Assembly: GCA_001825315.1 (NCBI GenBank)
Contig: MHVR01000015.1
Coordinates: forward strand, 1 to 46,290
Reading direction: 5' to 3'
Length of the DNA stretch: 46,290 nucleotides
Source of the DNA: Candidatus Zambryskibacteria bacterium RIFCSPHIGHO2_02_FULL_43_14
Lineage (GTDB): Bacteria; Patescibacteriota; Minisyncoccia; Phycocordibacterales; Zambryskibacteraceae
Positions 17,398 through 28,462 of the stretch are shown in pieces. The translations under genes and the position numbers were made by a program. The notes under the pieces are model-generated. The model worked only from the letters and a program-made list of their open reading frames with translations. It made no database searches and had not been told where the DNA came from. Numbering within the stretch: the first letter of the stretch is position 1; each line of letters opens with the position of its first letter.

Positions 17398-20064
17398 TTA
17401 GAATTCCTCATATTGTGGATCAATATTGGCCCTAACAGTAATCTCTGGACAAGTGGTTTGAAATGGAGGAGAACTGGAATCGGTTACCGTTACGGAAACG
17501 CTTTTTTGACCTATAGTGTTGTAACTAATACTGAATGGATTGGTATCTGGAGAGGGGCCAGTTGGGATATCGGTTCCTGCCCAAGAATATATGTAAGGCG
17601 TGACACCTCCAGATACGTCGGCAGTCAAAGTGACTGTTTCGCCGAGGAATACTGTTGTTGGAGAAGCGACACAGGACACGATAAGCGGGTCTCCCAAGAC
17701 GACAAGGTCGAATTCCGTTGATTTATCGAGAGGGTAACCAGTAACAATAATGGGGTAAGTGCCTACATTTGTACTCGGAGAAACGGTAAAGGTAATAACC
17801 GAAGTGCAGGTCAAATTACAATCTTGGCCAGAAATGCTTGTGGTCACTCCAGGCGGCGCGCCAGAAACAGACAAAGAAATATTCCGCGCTGCGCCTGAAA
17901 CTAAAGTCTTTGTGATGGTATTTTGAGCGAAAGTATCACTGTCGGTCTTGATCACATTTGATGTACCTGAATCGGAGAGGGAATAATCGAAGGATTCATC
18001 GAACGCGGCGCAAATTGGATACAGACCGTTATAATCACTATTATCAATATATGCACCGTGCCACATTTCTGTACTGTAGACATCATTTGCTATCTGTAAA
18101 TTGGTATTAACAAGAGCAGTGACATAATCTTGGTCATCAGAAATATCTGGGGTAGAATCGGTGGATACTATGATATCACTGTCTTGATCGAGTAATTTAA
18201 GATAAAATTTTTCGTTTGGCTGATGTTGATAACCACTCCCTCCAGCGCCCATATGATGGTCGTAAGAAACTAATGTAATGTCATATTCTCCGGCAGGTAA
18301 AGGAGTACTGAATAAAAATGGACCTCCCATATGCGGAGCGAGAGCAGGTGAGCTGATTTCTTGATAAGGTTCGAAGGAAATGATCGTTCGTTTCGATTGC
18401 GGCGTAAGAGGGCATAAATTAGATCCGCTAACAAAATTCAAATTAAACGAAATGGATGTACCGCTTGGTAAGAATTGTGAAGAGACAGGTAAAATGGGAG
18501 AAATGGAATGCAAAATCGCGCCCGCCGGTCCACCACTGAAATAAGCCAATGTATAACTTTCATCTGCGGTTACATTATTATAAGTAAAAGGTACGAAAGA
18601 ATTACTGATATCTCCCGATGGACCTGATAAAGTGTAAGCCACAGTATCATTCCCGCTTATAGGCCATGGCTCTCCATCAAGTGTGGCACTAATTACGATA
18701 TTACCTTGTGCCGCAAATAATTCATCAGCTCCAATATCCCAAGCGACGCCGGACGGCCTTGAATTACCTTCAAAATCGCTTGAAATTGGAATATTGGGAT
18801 CACTAATTAAATTGATACCTTTGTCTAAGGCCTTAGTATCGCTAGGAGACAGGTGAAAATCCTTTCCAGCTTTATTTACAAAAGATACGGTCGTATTATT
18901 TTGAGGATTTGAGCCAGGCGCGTCATTTTGATTTGAAATATTGTTGCTTGACGACAAATCAAAATTACCTCGGTAACCGGCCCCGTCATAACCAGAACTA
19001 GCATCTTGAACGATATTATTTTTCGCAACGATATTGGCTTCGGAAGAATGATTACTTATACCATATGGAATATTAATGACCGTATTGTTGTATAGATATA
19101 CGACTCCAGAAACACTACCATATATAATTCCGAACGAAGAACCATAATTTGTTCCACGCAAATCATAAACTAAATTGTTCCAAATTTTTGCCAAAACATA
19201 TGTATTAGTATAGCCAACGTGAATACCAGTAACAAAATTCAAAATTTGACCTGTTATTATATTGTTACTGAATTCAACCCACCCACTGGCAATGTAAGAC
19301 GCTTCAATTCCCTTATTGTCATCGTTTGAAGAAATTATTTTTATCTGCAGACCATCAACTTTGACGTATGGAATATATGTTCTTATTGCCGCAGTACTAT
19401 TATTATCCGGACTGAAAATCAGACTGTATTTTTGATCGTTCCATTTTCCATCATGCCTCTGGCTTGAATTAACCTCACTCGTCGTATTTGTAGGAGTGTA
19501 AATCTTAATATAATTGTTTGGACCTGTATTAAAATAATTGATCAGAATTCCCGCATATATCCCCCCTCCGTTAAAATACTCCGGACCAGTGTCATAATAA
19601 AGTGGGATATTTAAAATATAATTTCCAGCTACAAGATCAAGAGTACCAAGGTGATTGGCATCGCTTGATTGATTCCCTTTATAAATACTCATTGCGTTAT
19701 CAAGTGAATCGAATTCATGCCGAATGGAATTTACAATCTCGTCCGTAGCATCTGGAGGAATATCGCCGTTAACCGTAACTACGTTCCATTGAGTTTGGGA
19801 AATTTTGCCAGAAATAAAAACCTTCTGATTACCTTTGTAGGTAACTCTATCTCCTACCCCCATATTAGCTGCCGTCTGCGCTACACTGAAAGTGGCGACC
19901 CCGTTTGCAATAGAAATATTCAGCGGCGTTCCAGTTTTATGGTCATTCGTATTTTGTCCAACGGAATAAAAAACTTGTTTTGTCGTAGCCTCGGCATCGG
20001 TTGGCATCGCATACACACCGATGACGCAAATGACTACCAATATTATTTTCAGTAGATGTTTCAT
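17398..20064 (-). CDS. Large secreted/surface protein: beta-helix + choice-of-anchor-Q-like + Ig/PKD-like domains
   Basis: Signal peptide; DFHLSPSD...WDIGADE; C-terminal VSCVASPTTVFLGETVTLTADVSGGVTPYIYSW PKD-like domain; no dockerin. Confidence 0.75.
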   Translation of the reverse strand: MKHLLKIILVVICVIGVYAMPTDAEATTKQVFYSVGQNTNDHKTGTPLNISIANGVATFSVAQTAANMGVGDRVTYKGNQKVFISGKISQTQWNVVTVNGDIPPDATDEIVNSIRHEFDSLDNAMSIYKGNQSSDANHLGTLDLVAGNYILNIPLYYDTGPEYFNGGGIYAGILINYFNTGPNNYIKIYTPTNTTSEVNSSQRHDGKWNDQKYSLIFSPDNNSTAAIRTYIPYVKVDGLQIKIISSNDDNKGIEASYIASGWVEFSNNIITGQILNFVTGIHVGYTNTYVLAKIWNNLVYDLRGTNYGSSFGIIYGSVSGVVYLYNNTVINIPYGISNHSSEANIVAKNNIVQDASSGYDGAGYRGNFDLSSSNNISNQNDAPGSNPQNNTTVSFVNKAGKDFHLSPSDTKALDKGINLISDPNIPISSDFEGNSRPSGVAWDIGADELFAAQGNIVISATLDGEPWPISGNDTVAYTLSGPSGDISNSFVPFTYNNVTADESYTLAYFSGGPAGAILHSISPILPVSSQFLPSGTSISFNLNFVSGSNLCPLTPQSKRTIISFEPYQEISSPALAPHMGGPFLFSTPLPAGEYDITLVSYDHHMGAGGSGYQHQPNEKFYLKLLDQDSDIIVSTDSTPDISDDQDYVTALVNTNLQIANDVYSTEMWHGAYIDNSDYNGLYPICAAFDESFDYSLSDSGTSNVIKTDSDTFAQNTITKTLVSGAARNISLSVSGAPPGVTTSISGQDCNLTCTSVITFTVSPSTNVGTYPIIVTGYPLDKSTEFDLVVLGDPLIVSCVASPTTVFLGETVTLTADVSGGVTPYIYSWAGTDIPTGPSPDTNPFSISYNTIGQKSVSVTVTDSSSPPFQTTCPEITVRANIDPQYEEF

Positions 20065-20576
20065 CGGTTTAAATCTACATGATTTATAATAATGTTAGAC
20101 CTATCGGTGGTTTTTACAGAAGAGCGAATGGTAATATTGATCGCTTCTGCTGCCTTCTTAAGATATAAGGATGAAATCAGGTCACCTTGAGAAGAATTGA
20201 TAATCTGCCATTTATTGTCCGTGGCCCATTTGGTGTAGAAATCGTAATTTGCCTCTGGATTTTTTGACGAAATGAATTCAACTGTGAATTGTACGGCTAA
20301 AGAGCCGGGATATGTAGCTGAATAAGATCCAACAATTTCAATTTTTGAGTTTAAAACCAATTCTTTGGGAAATCCTTCCGCTACTTCTTTTGGATTGGCC
20401 CTAACTATAGTGGGAACCGTTATGTTGTCGGTTTGAGACTGAATATTACGTTCATTTGTTCTGTTGATATTGTTTCGAACTAACAAAACAACAGCAACCA
20501 ATATAAAAATACCGATGGCAAAATAAGCATAATTTTTCCATTGTTGCATATCACCATTCCTCAAGCCCTCAATCAT
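20061..20576 (-). CDS. Hypothetical single-pass membrane protein
   Basis: N-terminal TM helix; start refined to ATG 20576, 7 nt after TGaTATCAT; ATGA overlap with the downstream gene. Confidence 0.65.
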   Translation of the reverse strand: MIEGLRNGDMQQWKNYAYFAIGIFILVAVVLLVRNNINRTNERNIQSQTDNITVPTIVRANPKEVAEGFPKELVLNSKIEIVGSYSATYPGSLAVQFTVEFISSKNPEANYDFYTKWATDNKWQIINSSQGDLISSLYLKKAAEAINITIRSSVKTTDRSNIIINHVDLNR

Positions 20577-20654
20577 AATGAATATGATATCAAATTGTAA
20601 ATAAAAGATATCCACACAAACAAGAAATCACATATCAGTCGCATATCCTTACTG

Positions 20655-20726
20655 AGCCGGAAGAGAGAATCGGACTCTCGACCTCCATCTTACCAAGATG
20701 GCGTTCTACCACTGAACTATCCCGGC
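20655..20726 (-). tRNA. tRNA-Thr(GGT)
   Basis: Reverse complement GCCGGGA...CCATC-TTGGTAA-GATGG...TTCCGGC-T; CCA not encoded. Confidence 0.93.
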
Positions 20727-20795
20727 AGTTCGAAATAACGGCTCTAATCTTATAGAATTTTAAGTCTTTTTGCAAAACAACACTTGATTGCACCC

Positions 20796-21164
20796 CTATT
20801 CTGATTTGTTTCTTTGGGAAAGGAAGAGTAGGGCGAGAGGTGCTCCCCAATTGGCAAAACGTTCTATGAAATCCCATATTGGCGCTCCGACAATCGGACG
20901 TACCAAGGCCGTCCAGAAACCCCAAAACACAGCCCACAAGAGAACAGGTTTAATGGGCCTAAAAAGTACTATGAGAGCTACGATAACGTCCGCAATTCCC
21001 ACCAACATAAGGAGGGTCGTAGCGATGTTAGGGTCGTTGACGCCAAACTTAGCAAACCACCCCACCCAATCTGCTTTGCCTTGCAGGGCCAAGACTCCAT
21101 GACCCAAAAATTCTCCAGCCACTCCGATACGCAGGGCCCAAATAGCTTTTTGTGTATTAGACAT
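20796..21164 (-). CDS. DoxX-like membrane protein
   Basis: LRIGVAGEFLGHG start motif; four hydrophobic segments; ERFANWGAPLALL. Confidence 0.7.
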   Translation of the reverse strand: MSNTQKAIWALRIGVAGEFLGHGVLALQGKADWVGWFAKFGVNDPNIATTLLMLVGIADVIVALIVLFRPIKPVLLWAVFWGFWTALVRPIVGAPIWDFIERFANWGAPLALLFLSQRNKSE

Positions 21165-21222
21165 ATTTTTATCTTTATTATTAAATACTATTACATTATA
21201 CTCTTAATTTCAATTTATAATT

Positions 21223-21405
21223 TTACCAGTCGCTCTTATCTCTCACCTCCCTCACTGCAGCTTGATTCGGGTCTTCGTCCAGTTCAATATGACCACCTAC
21301 TGCTAGCCACTTATCATATTTATCGTGCTTTCTTATTAGCACTTTGTCTTTGTAAACTACAAAAATATCGACCGTAAAATCAATTTTCTCGTGAATATGT
21401 GGCAT
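21223..21405 (-). pseudogene. 3'-truncated NUDIX hydrolase
   Basis: The Nudix box GGHIELDEDPNQAAVREV breaks before the expected EExG; only 60 aa. Confidence 0.75.
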
Positions 21406-21476
21406 GGGAAAAGTATATCATCTCTAGATCTCGTAGATATGTGGGCTTTTTATGTCTTAAATTATAGTTTTATTTA

Positions 21477-21498
21477 TATAGTAACATATGTTACTATA
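21477..21498. promoter_or_regulatory. Perfect 22-bp palindrome over the -10 box (putative TA operator)
   Basis: TATAGTAACAT-ATGTTACTATA is self-complementary and contains TGtTACTAT 6 nt before ATG 21504. Confidence 0.65.
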
Positions 21499-21503
21499 CG
21501 ATT

Positions 21504-21758
21504 ATGGATAAAAAAATGTACTCTACAGTAGAAGCGGCTGAGATACTGCGTTTAAGTCGTATAGAAGTCTTTAGAAAAATAAAAAGTAGGAAAATAAAAG
21601 CCGAGAAGGTAGGTAGAAATTATGTTATTGCCCATGATGACCTTATTGAGGCATTGGGAAAGGTGGTTGGCTCATCAAAAAGGGAGAAAATAGAAAAAGC
21701 GGTTAAAAAAGCGGTAAAAGAATACAGGAATACATTTAAGAAATTTGCTGAGGAATGA
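21504..21758 (+). CDS. Excisionase-like HTH DNA-binding protein, putative antitoxin
   Basis: YSTVEAAEILRLSRIEVFRKIKSRKIKAEKVGRNYVI (HTH_17 type); C-terminus AVKEYRNTFKKFAEE; ATGA overlap with the Doc gene. Confidence 0.8.
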   Translation: MDKKMYSTVEAAEILRLSRIEVFRKIKSRKIKAEKVGRNYVIAHDDLIEALGKVVGSSKREKIEKAVKKAVKEYRNTFKKFAEE

Positions 21759-22186
21759 AGATTAAACCCATTACAATAGCGGAAGTCGAGTTTACTGCTT
21801 TTTCGCTGGCAAAAGAACTCATGACTTGGAACGAGCCTATTCCTGAGTTTGGAACAAGATTCCCAAACATCTTAGAAAGTTGTCTTGGAACTCCCTTTAC
21901 CAGATTCAGTAGGAAAGATATGTATAGAGGTTTGGTTGGGAAAGCTAGCATTTTATTTTATTTGATGATCAAAAATCATCCATTTCAAAATGGAAATAAA
22001 AGAATTGCAGTTATGACCTTATTGGTATTTTTGTCCAGTAACGATAAATGGATCAGAATGTCACAAGACGGTTTATATAACTTTGCTGTTGGTGTAGCTA
22101 AAAGTAAACCAATTTCTAGAGAAAAGGTTTTAGGAAATATCTATAACACTATAAAAAAGTACTTAGTGAATTTTAACGACACTTAA
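21755..22186 (+). CDS. doc: Fic/Doc family (death-on-curing) toxin
   Basis: HPFQNGNKR Doc-type Fic motif. Confidence 0.88.
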   Translation: MKIKPITIAEVEFTAFSLAKELMTWNEPIPEFGTRFPNILESCLGTPFTRFSRKDMYRGLVGKASILFYLMIKNHPFQNGNKRIAVMTLLVFLSSNDKWIRMSQDGLYNFAVGVAKSKPISREKVLGNIYNTIKKYLVNFNDT

Positions 22187-22207
22187 TGATGATGCGCGGG
22201 CTAGTTT

Positions 22208-22238
22208 GCCCCGTGATCACGTAGTGATTTACGGGGGC
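22208..22238. terminator. GC-rich hairpin between convergent TA operons
   Basis: CCCCGTGATCAC-gta-GTGATTTACGGGG imperfect inverted repeat. Confidence 0.45.
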
Positions 22239-22258
22239 GGATGATGTTAGAACTAGGA

Positions 22259-22540
22259 TTATAATCTCTTAGTAATTTTCTGATAGACCACAGAGCGATG
22301 CATGATTGCTAAAATATAGACTTTGTTTCTATGTATTTTAAAAACAACACGATAATCCCCAACACGAAGTTTTCGATAGCCCTTAAGAGACCTGCGTAGT
22401 GGCTTCCCGTAAAAGTCAGGAGCCGTGGTAAGTTTTTCTTCTATCGCGAATCTAATTTTATTCCGCCAAACTAAGGGAAGACTTACGATATCTACTTTTA
22501 CTACTTTGGCGTGATAGGAAATCTCAAAATTTACCGCCAT
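22259..22540 (-). CDS. relE: RelE/ParE family toxin
   Basis: GKPLRRSLKGYRKLRVGDYRVVF...IMHRSVVY RelE signature. Confidence 0.9.
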   Translation of the reverse strand: MAVNFEISYHAKVVKVDIVSLPLVWRNKIRFAIEEKLTTAPDFYGKPLRRSLKGYRKLRVGDYRVVFKIHRNKVYILAIMHRSVVYQKITKRL

Positions 22541-22752
22541 GCAACTTTGTGAGAAACAAATTTGGTAGACGAACTATCCCGACCTTCGGCGATAGTATTT
22601 AGAATATTATCCTCCTCAATTTCAAGAGCAGAACGAAGTAGATGCTCCGCTTTCGTCGCTTGCGGCACTTGATCACGTCTAGCAAGTTTTATGAGAGCGT
22701 TATCAAGCTCTTTTGAGATGCTTATATTAATGCGTTTCTTTGTTGTAGGCAT
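22531..22752 (-). CDS. Ribbon-helix-helix antitoxin
   Basis: KRINISISKELDNALIKLARRD RHH pattern; FVSHKVAW tail; directly upstream of RelE. Confidence 0.82.
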   Translation of the reverse strand: MPTTKKRINISISKELDNALIKLARRDQVPQATKAEHLLRSALEIEEDNILNTIAEGRDSSSTKFVSHKVAWR

Positions 22753-22758
22753 ATATGC

Positions 22759-22787
22759 AAGTGTATCAGAAGTGTATCAGTTGTCAA
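22759..22787 (-). promoter_or_regulatory. Sigma70 promoter TTGACA-16-TACACT with a tandem 11-bp direct repeat (putative RHH operator)
   Basis: AAGTGTATCAG x2 at 22759-22780; -10 lies 7 nt before the ATG. Confidence 0.65.
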
Positions 22788-22803
22788 CGACACCTTTTGG
22801 ATG

Positions 22804-22877
22804 CGCGAGTGATGGGACTTGAACCCACGGCCTCTTCCGTGACAGGGAAGCGCTCTAACCAGCTGAGCTACACCCGC
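22804..22877 (-). tRNA. tRNA-Asp(GTC)
   Basis: GCGGGTG...CTTCC-CTGTCAC-GGAAG...TTCAAGT...CACTCGC-G. Confidence 0.95.
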
Positions 22878-22905
22878 ATTATGCAATTCTATCAGAATTG
22901 CCTTG

Positions 22906-22976
22906 TGCCGGTGAATGGAATCGAACCATTGTTTAAGGCTTATGAGTCCTCCGTTCTACCATTGAACTACACCGGC
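22906..22976 (-). tRNA. tRNA-Met/Ile2(CAT), elongator type
   Basis: Fully paired GCCGGTG/CACCGGC acceptor; CTCATAA anticodon loop. Confidence 0.88.
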
Positions 22977-23002
22977 CCTACTTCGCCAAGGCTTCGCAGG
23001 GC
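22975..23002. repeat. Short REP-like element (GCCCT...CTTCGC...AGGGC)
   Basis: Same arms and CTTCGC core as the element inside recG at 44336..44357. Confidence 0.5.
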
Positions 23003-23059
23003 GAGCAAGTGTCAAATACTATAGTATGAAATATGGCTTTACTCAACAGATAAAAATTG

Positions 23060-23130
23060 TTGCGGGACCAGGACTTGCACCTGGGGCTGAAGGTTATGAG
23101 CCTCCCGAGATACTACTTCTCCATCCCGCT
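23060..23130 (-). tRNA. tRNA-fMet(CAT), initiator type
   Basis: AGCGGGA/TCCCGCA with a 1:72 mismatch; CTCATAA loop. Confidence 0.88.
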
Positions 23131-23171
23131 ATAAACCGCTATCATACTATATTTTTCATTTTTATACAAAA

Positions 23172-23855
23172 TTAAATTATTCCAAACTCTCTGAACACTT
23201 TTTCGAATAGAGCAATAATACGTTTTGTCTCGCGCTCATTTAATTGAAAAGCGTCGCCTGAATGAGCGACGACATTTCTTACTTTATGCGCTTCCCAAGC
23301 ATCTTCGATTGTTAAAAATTCATTTTTATTAACTGATTTAAGCATATCGCCAATAGATTCTCCAACATAACCAAGAGCATATAGAAGTTTCTCAAGCATC
23401 ACATCGGCCTCGATAATGGCTAATCGCCAGTCTGAAGAATTGTCGGAGTTTGTGTATTCCATAACTTTCTTCCACTGTTCATTTTTTGGCTCTACGGCTT
23501 CATTCTCATCTGAAATAGAATTTAGAGGAAAGGGATTGTAAATTTTATTTTCTTCAATATCAATGGCTCGAAGTTTCCAAAAGCTATAAACAATACCGGA
23601 GAGGGTAAGCGCGCTTAAGATGGCTGCCACAATCTTCCAAACTGGCCAGATGTGTTCGAGAAAATATTCCCAAAGAGAATTAGGGGCACCCAAGTCTAGA
23701 CTTTCTAAATAAGCGAACAAAGCGGAAACAATCGCTCCGAGAAGGAACAGGCCGGCGAGTAAAAAAGTTATTTGTTCAACAGTACTGCTGTTACTACTGC
23801 CTCCAGACGGTTTTGTTGGTTTCGTTGATTTCGCTGATTTTTTCTCTTCTGCCAT
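23172..23855 (-). CDS. Hypothetical two-TM membrane protein with helical C-terminal domain (RxxxxH motif)
   Basis: Two TM segments; WRLAIIEADVML...AWEAHKVRNVVAH. Confidence 0.75.
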   Translation of the reverse strand: MAEEKKSAKSTKPTKPSGGSSNSSTVEQITFLLAGLFLLGAIVSALFAYLESLDLGAPNSLWEYFLEHIWPVWKIVAAILSALTLSGIVYSFWKLRAIDIEENKIYNPFPLNSISDENEAVEPKNEQWKKVMEYTNSDNSSDWRLAIIEADVMLEKLLYALGYVGESIGDMLKSVNKNEFLTIEDAWEAHKVRNVVAHSGDAFQLNERETKRIIALFEKVFREFGII

Positions 23856-23864
23856 AGTTATATT

Positions 23865-25157
23865 TTATTCCCCAAAAAATTCTTTACCAGCGACAAATAA
23901 ATTATCTTCTCGTCCTAGATCGGCAGTAAGTTCAATCCCCAACGGCAGTTTATCTGAAAATCCTGACGGTAGTGAAATAGCTGGGCAACCGCTGATATTG
24001 GCATGGACGGTAAATATATCCTCAAGATACATCTCGAGCGGGTTATTACTCTTCTCTCCAATCTTCCATGCTGGCGATGGAGTGGTGGGAGTAAGCATCA
24101 GATCCACTTCTCTGAATAATTCCCTTAACTCTCTAGTTATCATGCGGCGCGCTTCGTTGGCTTGACCATAATACTCATCATAATAACCAGATGAAAGCAC
24201 ATAAGTACCGAGTATAATCCTGCGACGTACTTCTTTGCCAAAGCTCGCTCCGCGGGTTTTGAAATAATCGTCTATACCATCTTTACCCTCAACATGAAGT
24301 CCGTACTTGATTCCGTCGAAGCGTGCAAGGTTAGATGAGGCTTCCGCAAGCGCGAGAATGTAATAAGTTGGCAAAACATATTTTAGGTTAGGAGGATTTA
24401 CGTCTACGATCTTGTACCCTAATGATTTAAATTTCTCAACAGACTCGATCAGATTCTGCTTTACTTCAGAACTCACACCCTCGCTTTCGACAAAACTTCT
24501 TGGCACACCGATTGTTTTAGAGAACTTCTTAACTACAGGGTAAGTCTCATCAGATATAGTGGTGCTGTCCATCTTGTCCTGACCTTTGATAACTTTATAA
24601 AGAATCTCTGCTTCTGTGACAGTCTTAGCAAGCGGACCTATCTGGTCGAGAGATGAGCCATAAGCCATAAGTCCGTAGCGCGAGACCCTGCCATAAGTAG
24701 GTTTGAGTCCTACCACTCCGCAGAATGCGGCTGGCTGGCGGATCGAGCCACCAGTATCAGAGCCAAGCGCTATATCAGCCATACCTACTGCTACCGCGGC
24801 AGCCGAGCCGCCAGAACTCCCACCTGCCACATGTTTAAGATTGTAAGGATTCTTGGTCACATCGAAAGCCGAGTTTTCGGTAGAACTACCCATGGCGAAT
24901 TCGTCCATATTGGTACGGCCAATGATGACGGCTCCAGCCTCCTTAAGTTTCTTTACGACGGTGGCATCGTAAGTAGCAAAGAAGTTTTCTAGAATTTTAG
25001 AGGCAGCACTTACCTTATGCCCATCGAACAAGATGTTGTCCTTGATGGCTACAGTTTTACCACTTAAAAGCCCATTGCCGTACGACTTCGGATTATTGAA
25101 CACTTCGAGGAAGGCGTGGATGTCCTTATCTTTGACTCTGATCTCGTCTGGTATCAC
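23865..25157 (-). CDS. gatA: Asp/Glu-tRNA amidotransferase subunit A
   Basis: Amidase signature [45 protein letters not shown]. Confidence 0.97.
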   Translation of the reverse strand: MIPDEIRVKDKDIHAFLEVFNNPKSYGNGLLSGKTVAIKDNILFDGHKVSAASKILENFFATYDATVVKKLKEAGAVIIGRTNMDEFAMGSSTENSAFDVTKNPYNLKHVAGGSSGGSAAAVAVGMADIALGSDTGGSIRQPAAFCGVVGLKPTYGRVSRYGLMAYGSSLDQIGPLAKTVTEAEILYKVIKGQDKMDSTTISDETYPVVKKFSKTIGVPRSFVESEGVSSEVKQNLIESVEKFKSLGYKIVDVNPPNLKYVLPTYYILALAEASSNLARFDGIKYGLHVEGKDGIDDYFKTRGASFGKEVRRRIILGTYVLSSGYYDEYYGQANEARRMITRELRELFREVDLMLTPTTPSPAWKIGEKSNNPLEMYLEDIFTVHANISGCPAISLPSGFSDKLPLGIELTADLGREDNLFVAGKEFFGE

Positions 25158-25441
25158 AGGATTTTCTTTACTCTAATGTAATTTCCTTCCCTAGCTGGCG
25201 CTTGTCCTAAAATATTTTCGGTATAAAAACTTGTTTCATGTGGATCCTTATCATTCCGCATTATATTCCGAATTGGAAAGCTATCAGCTTTTAGTTTTAA
25301 GTTGTCAGCTTTTGAAACTCCCTTCACCTCTCCGACATAACCAAGAATAGCATCAAATTCGTGGGATAAACTTTCCGCTTCTTCATATCCTATCTCAATT
25401 CTTGCCAATTTGGCTAAATCTAGAACTTTTTTCGCATCCAT
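25154..25441 (-). CDS. gatC: Asp/Glu-tRNA amidotransferase subunit C
   Basis: Start refined to MDAKKVLDLAKLARI (ATG 25441); [15 protein letters not shown]; overlaps gatA. Confidence 0.92.
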   Translation of the reverse strand: MDAKKVLDLAKLARIEIGYEEAESLSHEFDAILGYVGEVKGVSKADNLKLKADSFPIRNIMRNDKDPHETSFYTENILGQAPAREGNYIRVKKIL

Positions 25442-25456
25442 GCGGTAGATTTTAAC

Positions 25457-25500
25457 ACAAAAAAACGGACGGGGAGCTGGGAAGTTCCCCGTCCGTCCGT
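25457..25500 (-). terminator. Rho-independent terminator
   Basis: ACGGACGGGGA...TCCCCGTCCGT stem followed by a T-run on the minus strand. Confidence 0.75.
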
Positions 25501-25652
25501 TGCCTCTGATAGAGTCGTTTCTTCCTCGCTGGCAGCGGGGAGTAAGATCGTTCTCTCTCGTCGGCAACTAGCTCAAGATCCTATAGCACAGAATTGCCAA
25601 GCATACGACCGAAAGATATCTCGGCCGTCCCCTTTTTCTGTCCTACAGAACC

Positions 25653-25862
25653 TCAGGAATCTTCCGGAAACTCGACGAAATCTCTTCGAATCGCGAATGG
25701 TCCTCCTTTGGTTCTGGTCAAATCACCGGGGTGTACGAATACCTTGTCCGTGGTGACATCGACGACGCGAAATTCCTGCATCGGCAGTCCCAGCTGGACG
25801 AACTTTCGCCCAAACTGATCCCACTTTTTGTCCGAAACCCGAGCCACTTTAAAGTTGTTCAC
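25653..25862 (-). CDS. Small hypothetical protein
   Basis: GTG start with GGAGG SD; lies in an otherwise empty gap ahead of a terminator. Confidence 0.5.
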   Translation of the reverse strand: MNNFKVARVSDKKWDQFGRKFVQLGLPMQEFRVVDVTTDKVFVHPGDLTRTKGGPFAIRRDFVEFPEDS

Positions 25863-25996
25863 AACAGACCTCCGACGACAACGAACAGTTGATAAGAGAG
25901 TGGAGGGTACGTCGAACTCTTATCGGGCGGGCCACGCGACTTCATCCCATTGAAGCACCTCCTGTCCTAACTACGTCCAGCGAAATTGTATCTTAT

Positions 25997-28018
<2,022 letters not shown>

Positions 28019-28462
28019 TTAATATTTCGCGCGTATGGCACGCTCCACGCGCCTAGGATTTGAAAGGTCACAAGTATTGTAACCCTTAGATTCTATAGTC
28101 GTCACTAAGACGTTACTGACATAAGCTTTAGTAACTGTCACAGAAACACAATAAGATTCAGGCGCCATAGTGAAAGAGAAGGTGGATAGAGGGCTTCCAC
28201 CAACGTTGAAAGAAGAGCCATTACAAGAGATGGTTGAGCCAGTCGAGGTGGAGAAAGCACTGAATCCAGCTGGATTTTTGACATCCCAATAGAGAGTGCA
28301 TTCGATTCCGGTGTCCGCGGCATAGAATGCATATTGGGATTCGCGACCAAAAGCAGATATAAGAGCTTGCCTGACTGCCAAGCTCACTATCCCTGTAGCA
28401 ACCAAGAGAAGTGTTCCTGTTATAACAATCGCCACAAAAAGTGTAAATCCTTGATTTTTCAT
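28019..28462 (-). CDS. PilX-like minor pilin
   Basis: QGFTLFVAI (lacks Glu5); AFYAADTGIEC; VERAIR tail. Confidence 0.8.
   Translation of the reverse strand: MKNQGFTLFVAIVITGTLLLVATGIVSLAVRQALISAFGRESQYAFYAADTGIECTLYWDVKNPAGFSAFSTSTGSTISCNGSSFNVGGSPLSTFSFTMAPESYCVSVTVTKAYVSNVLVTTIESKGYNTCDLSNPRRVERAIRAKY

Noticed and set aside
20635..20937. 100-aa minus-strand ORF
   Set aside because: Overlaps tRNA-Thr(GGT) and the DoxX-like gene; spurious.
21504..21758. Prophage or ICE excisionase
   Set aside because: No integrase, att pair or phage genes nearby; coupling to Doc favours an antitoxin role.
22755..23024. 89-aa plus-strand ORF
   Set aside because: Antisense to two tRNA genes.
25442..25567. 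N-terminal extension of gatC in the ORF track
   Set aside because: It runs through a terminator hairpin; GatC similarity and a -10 box support ATG 25441.
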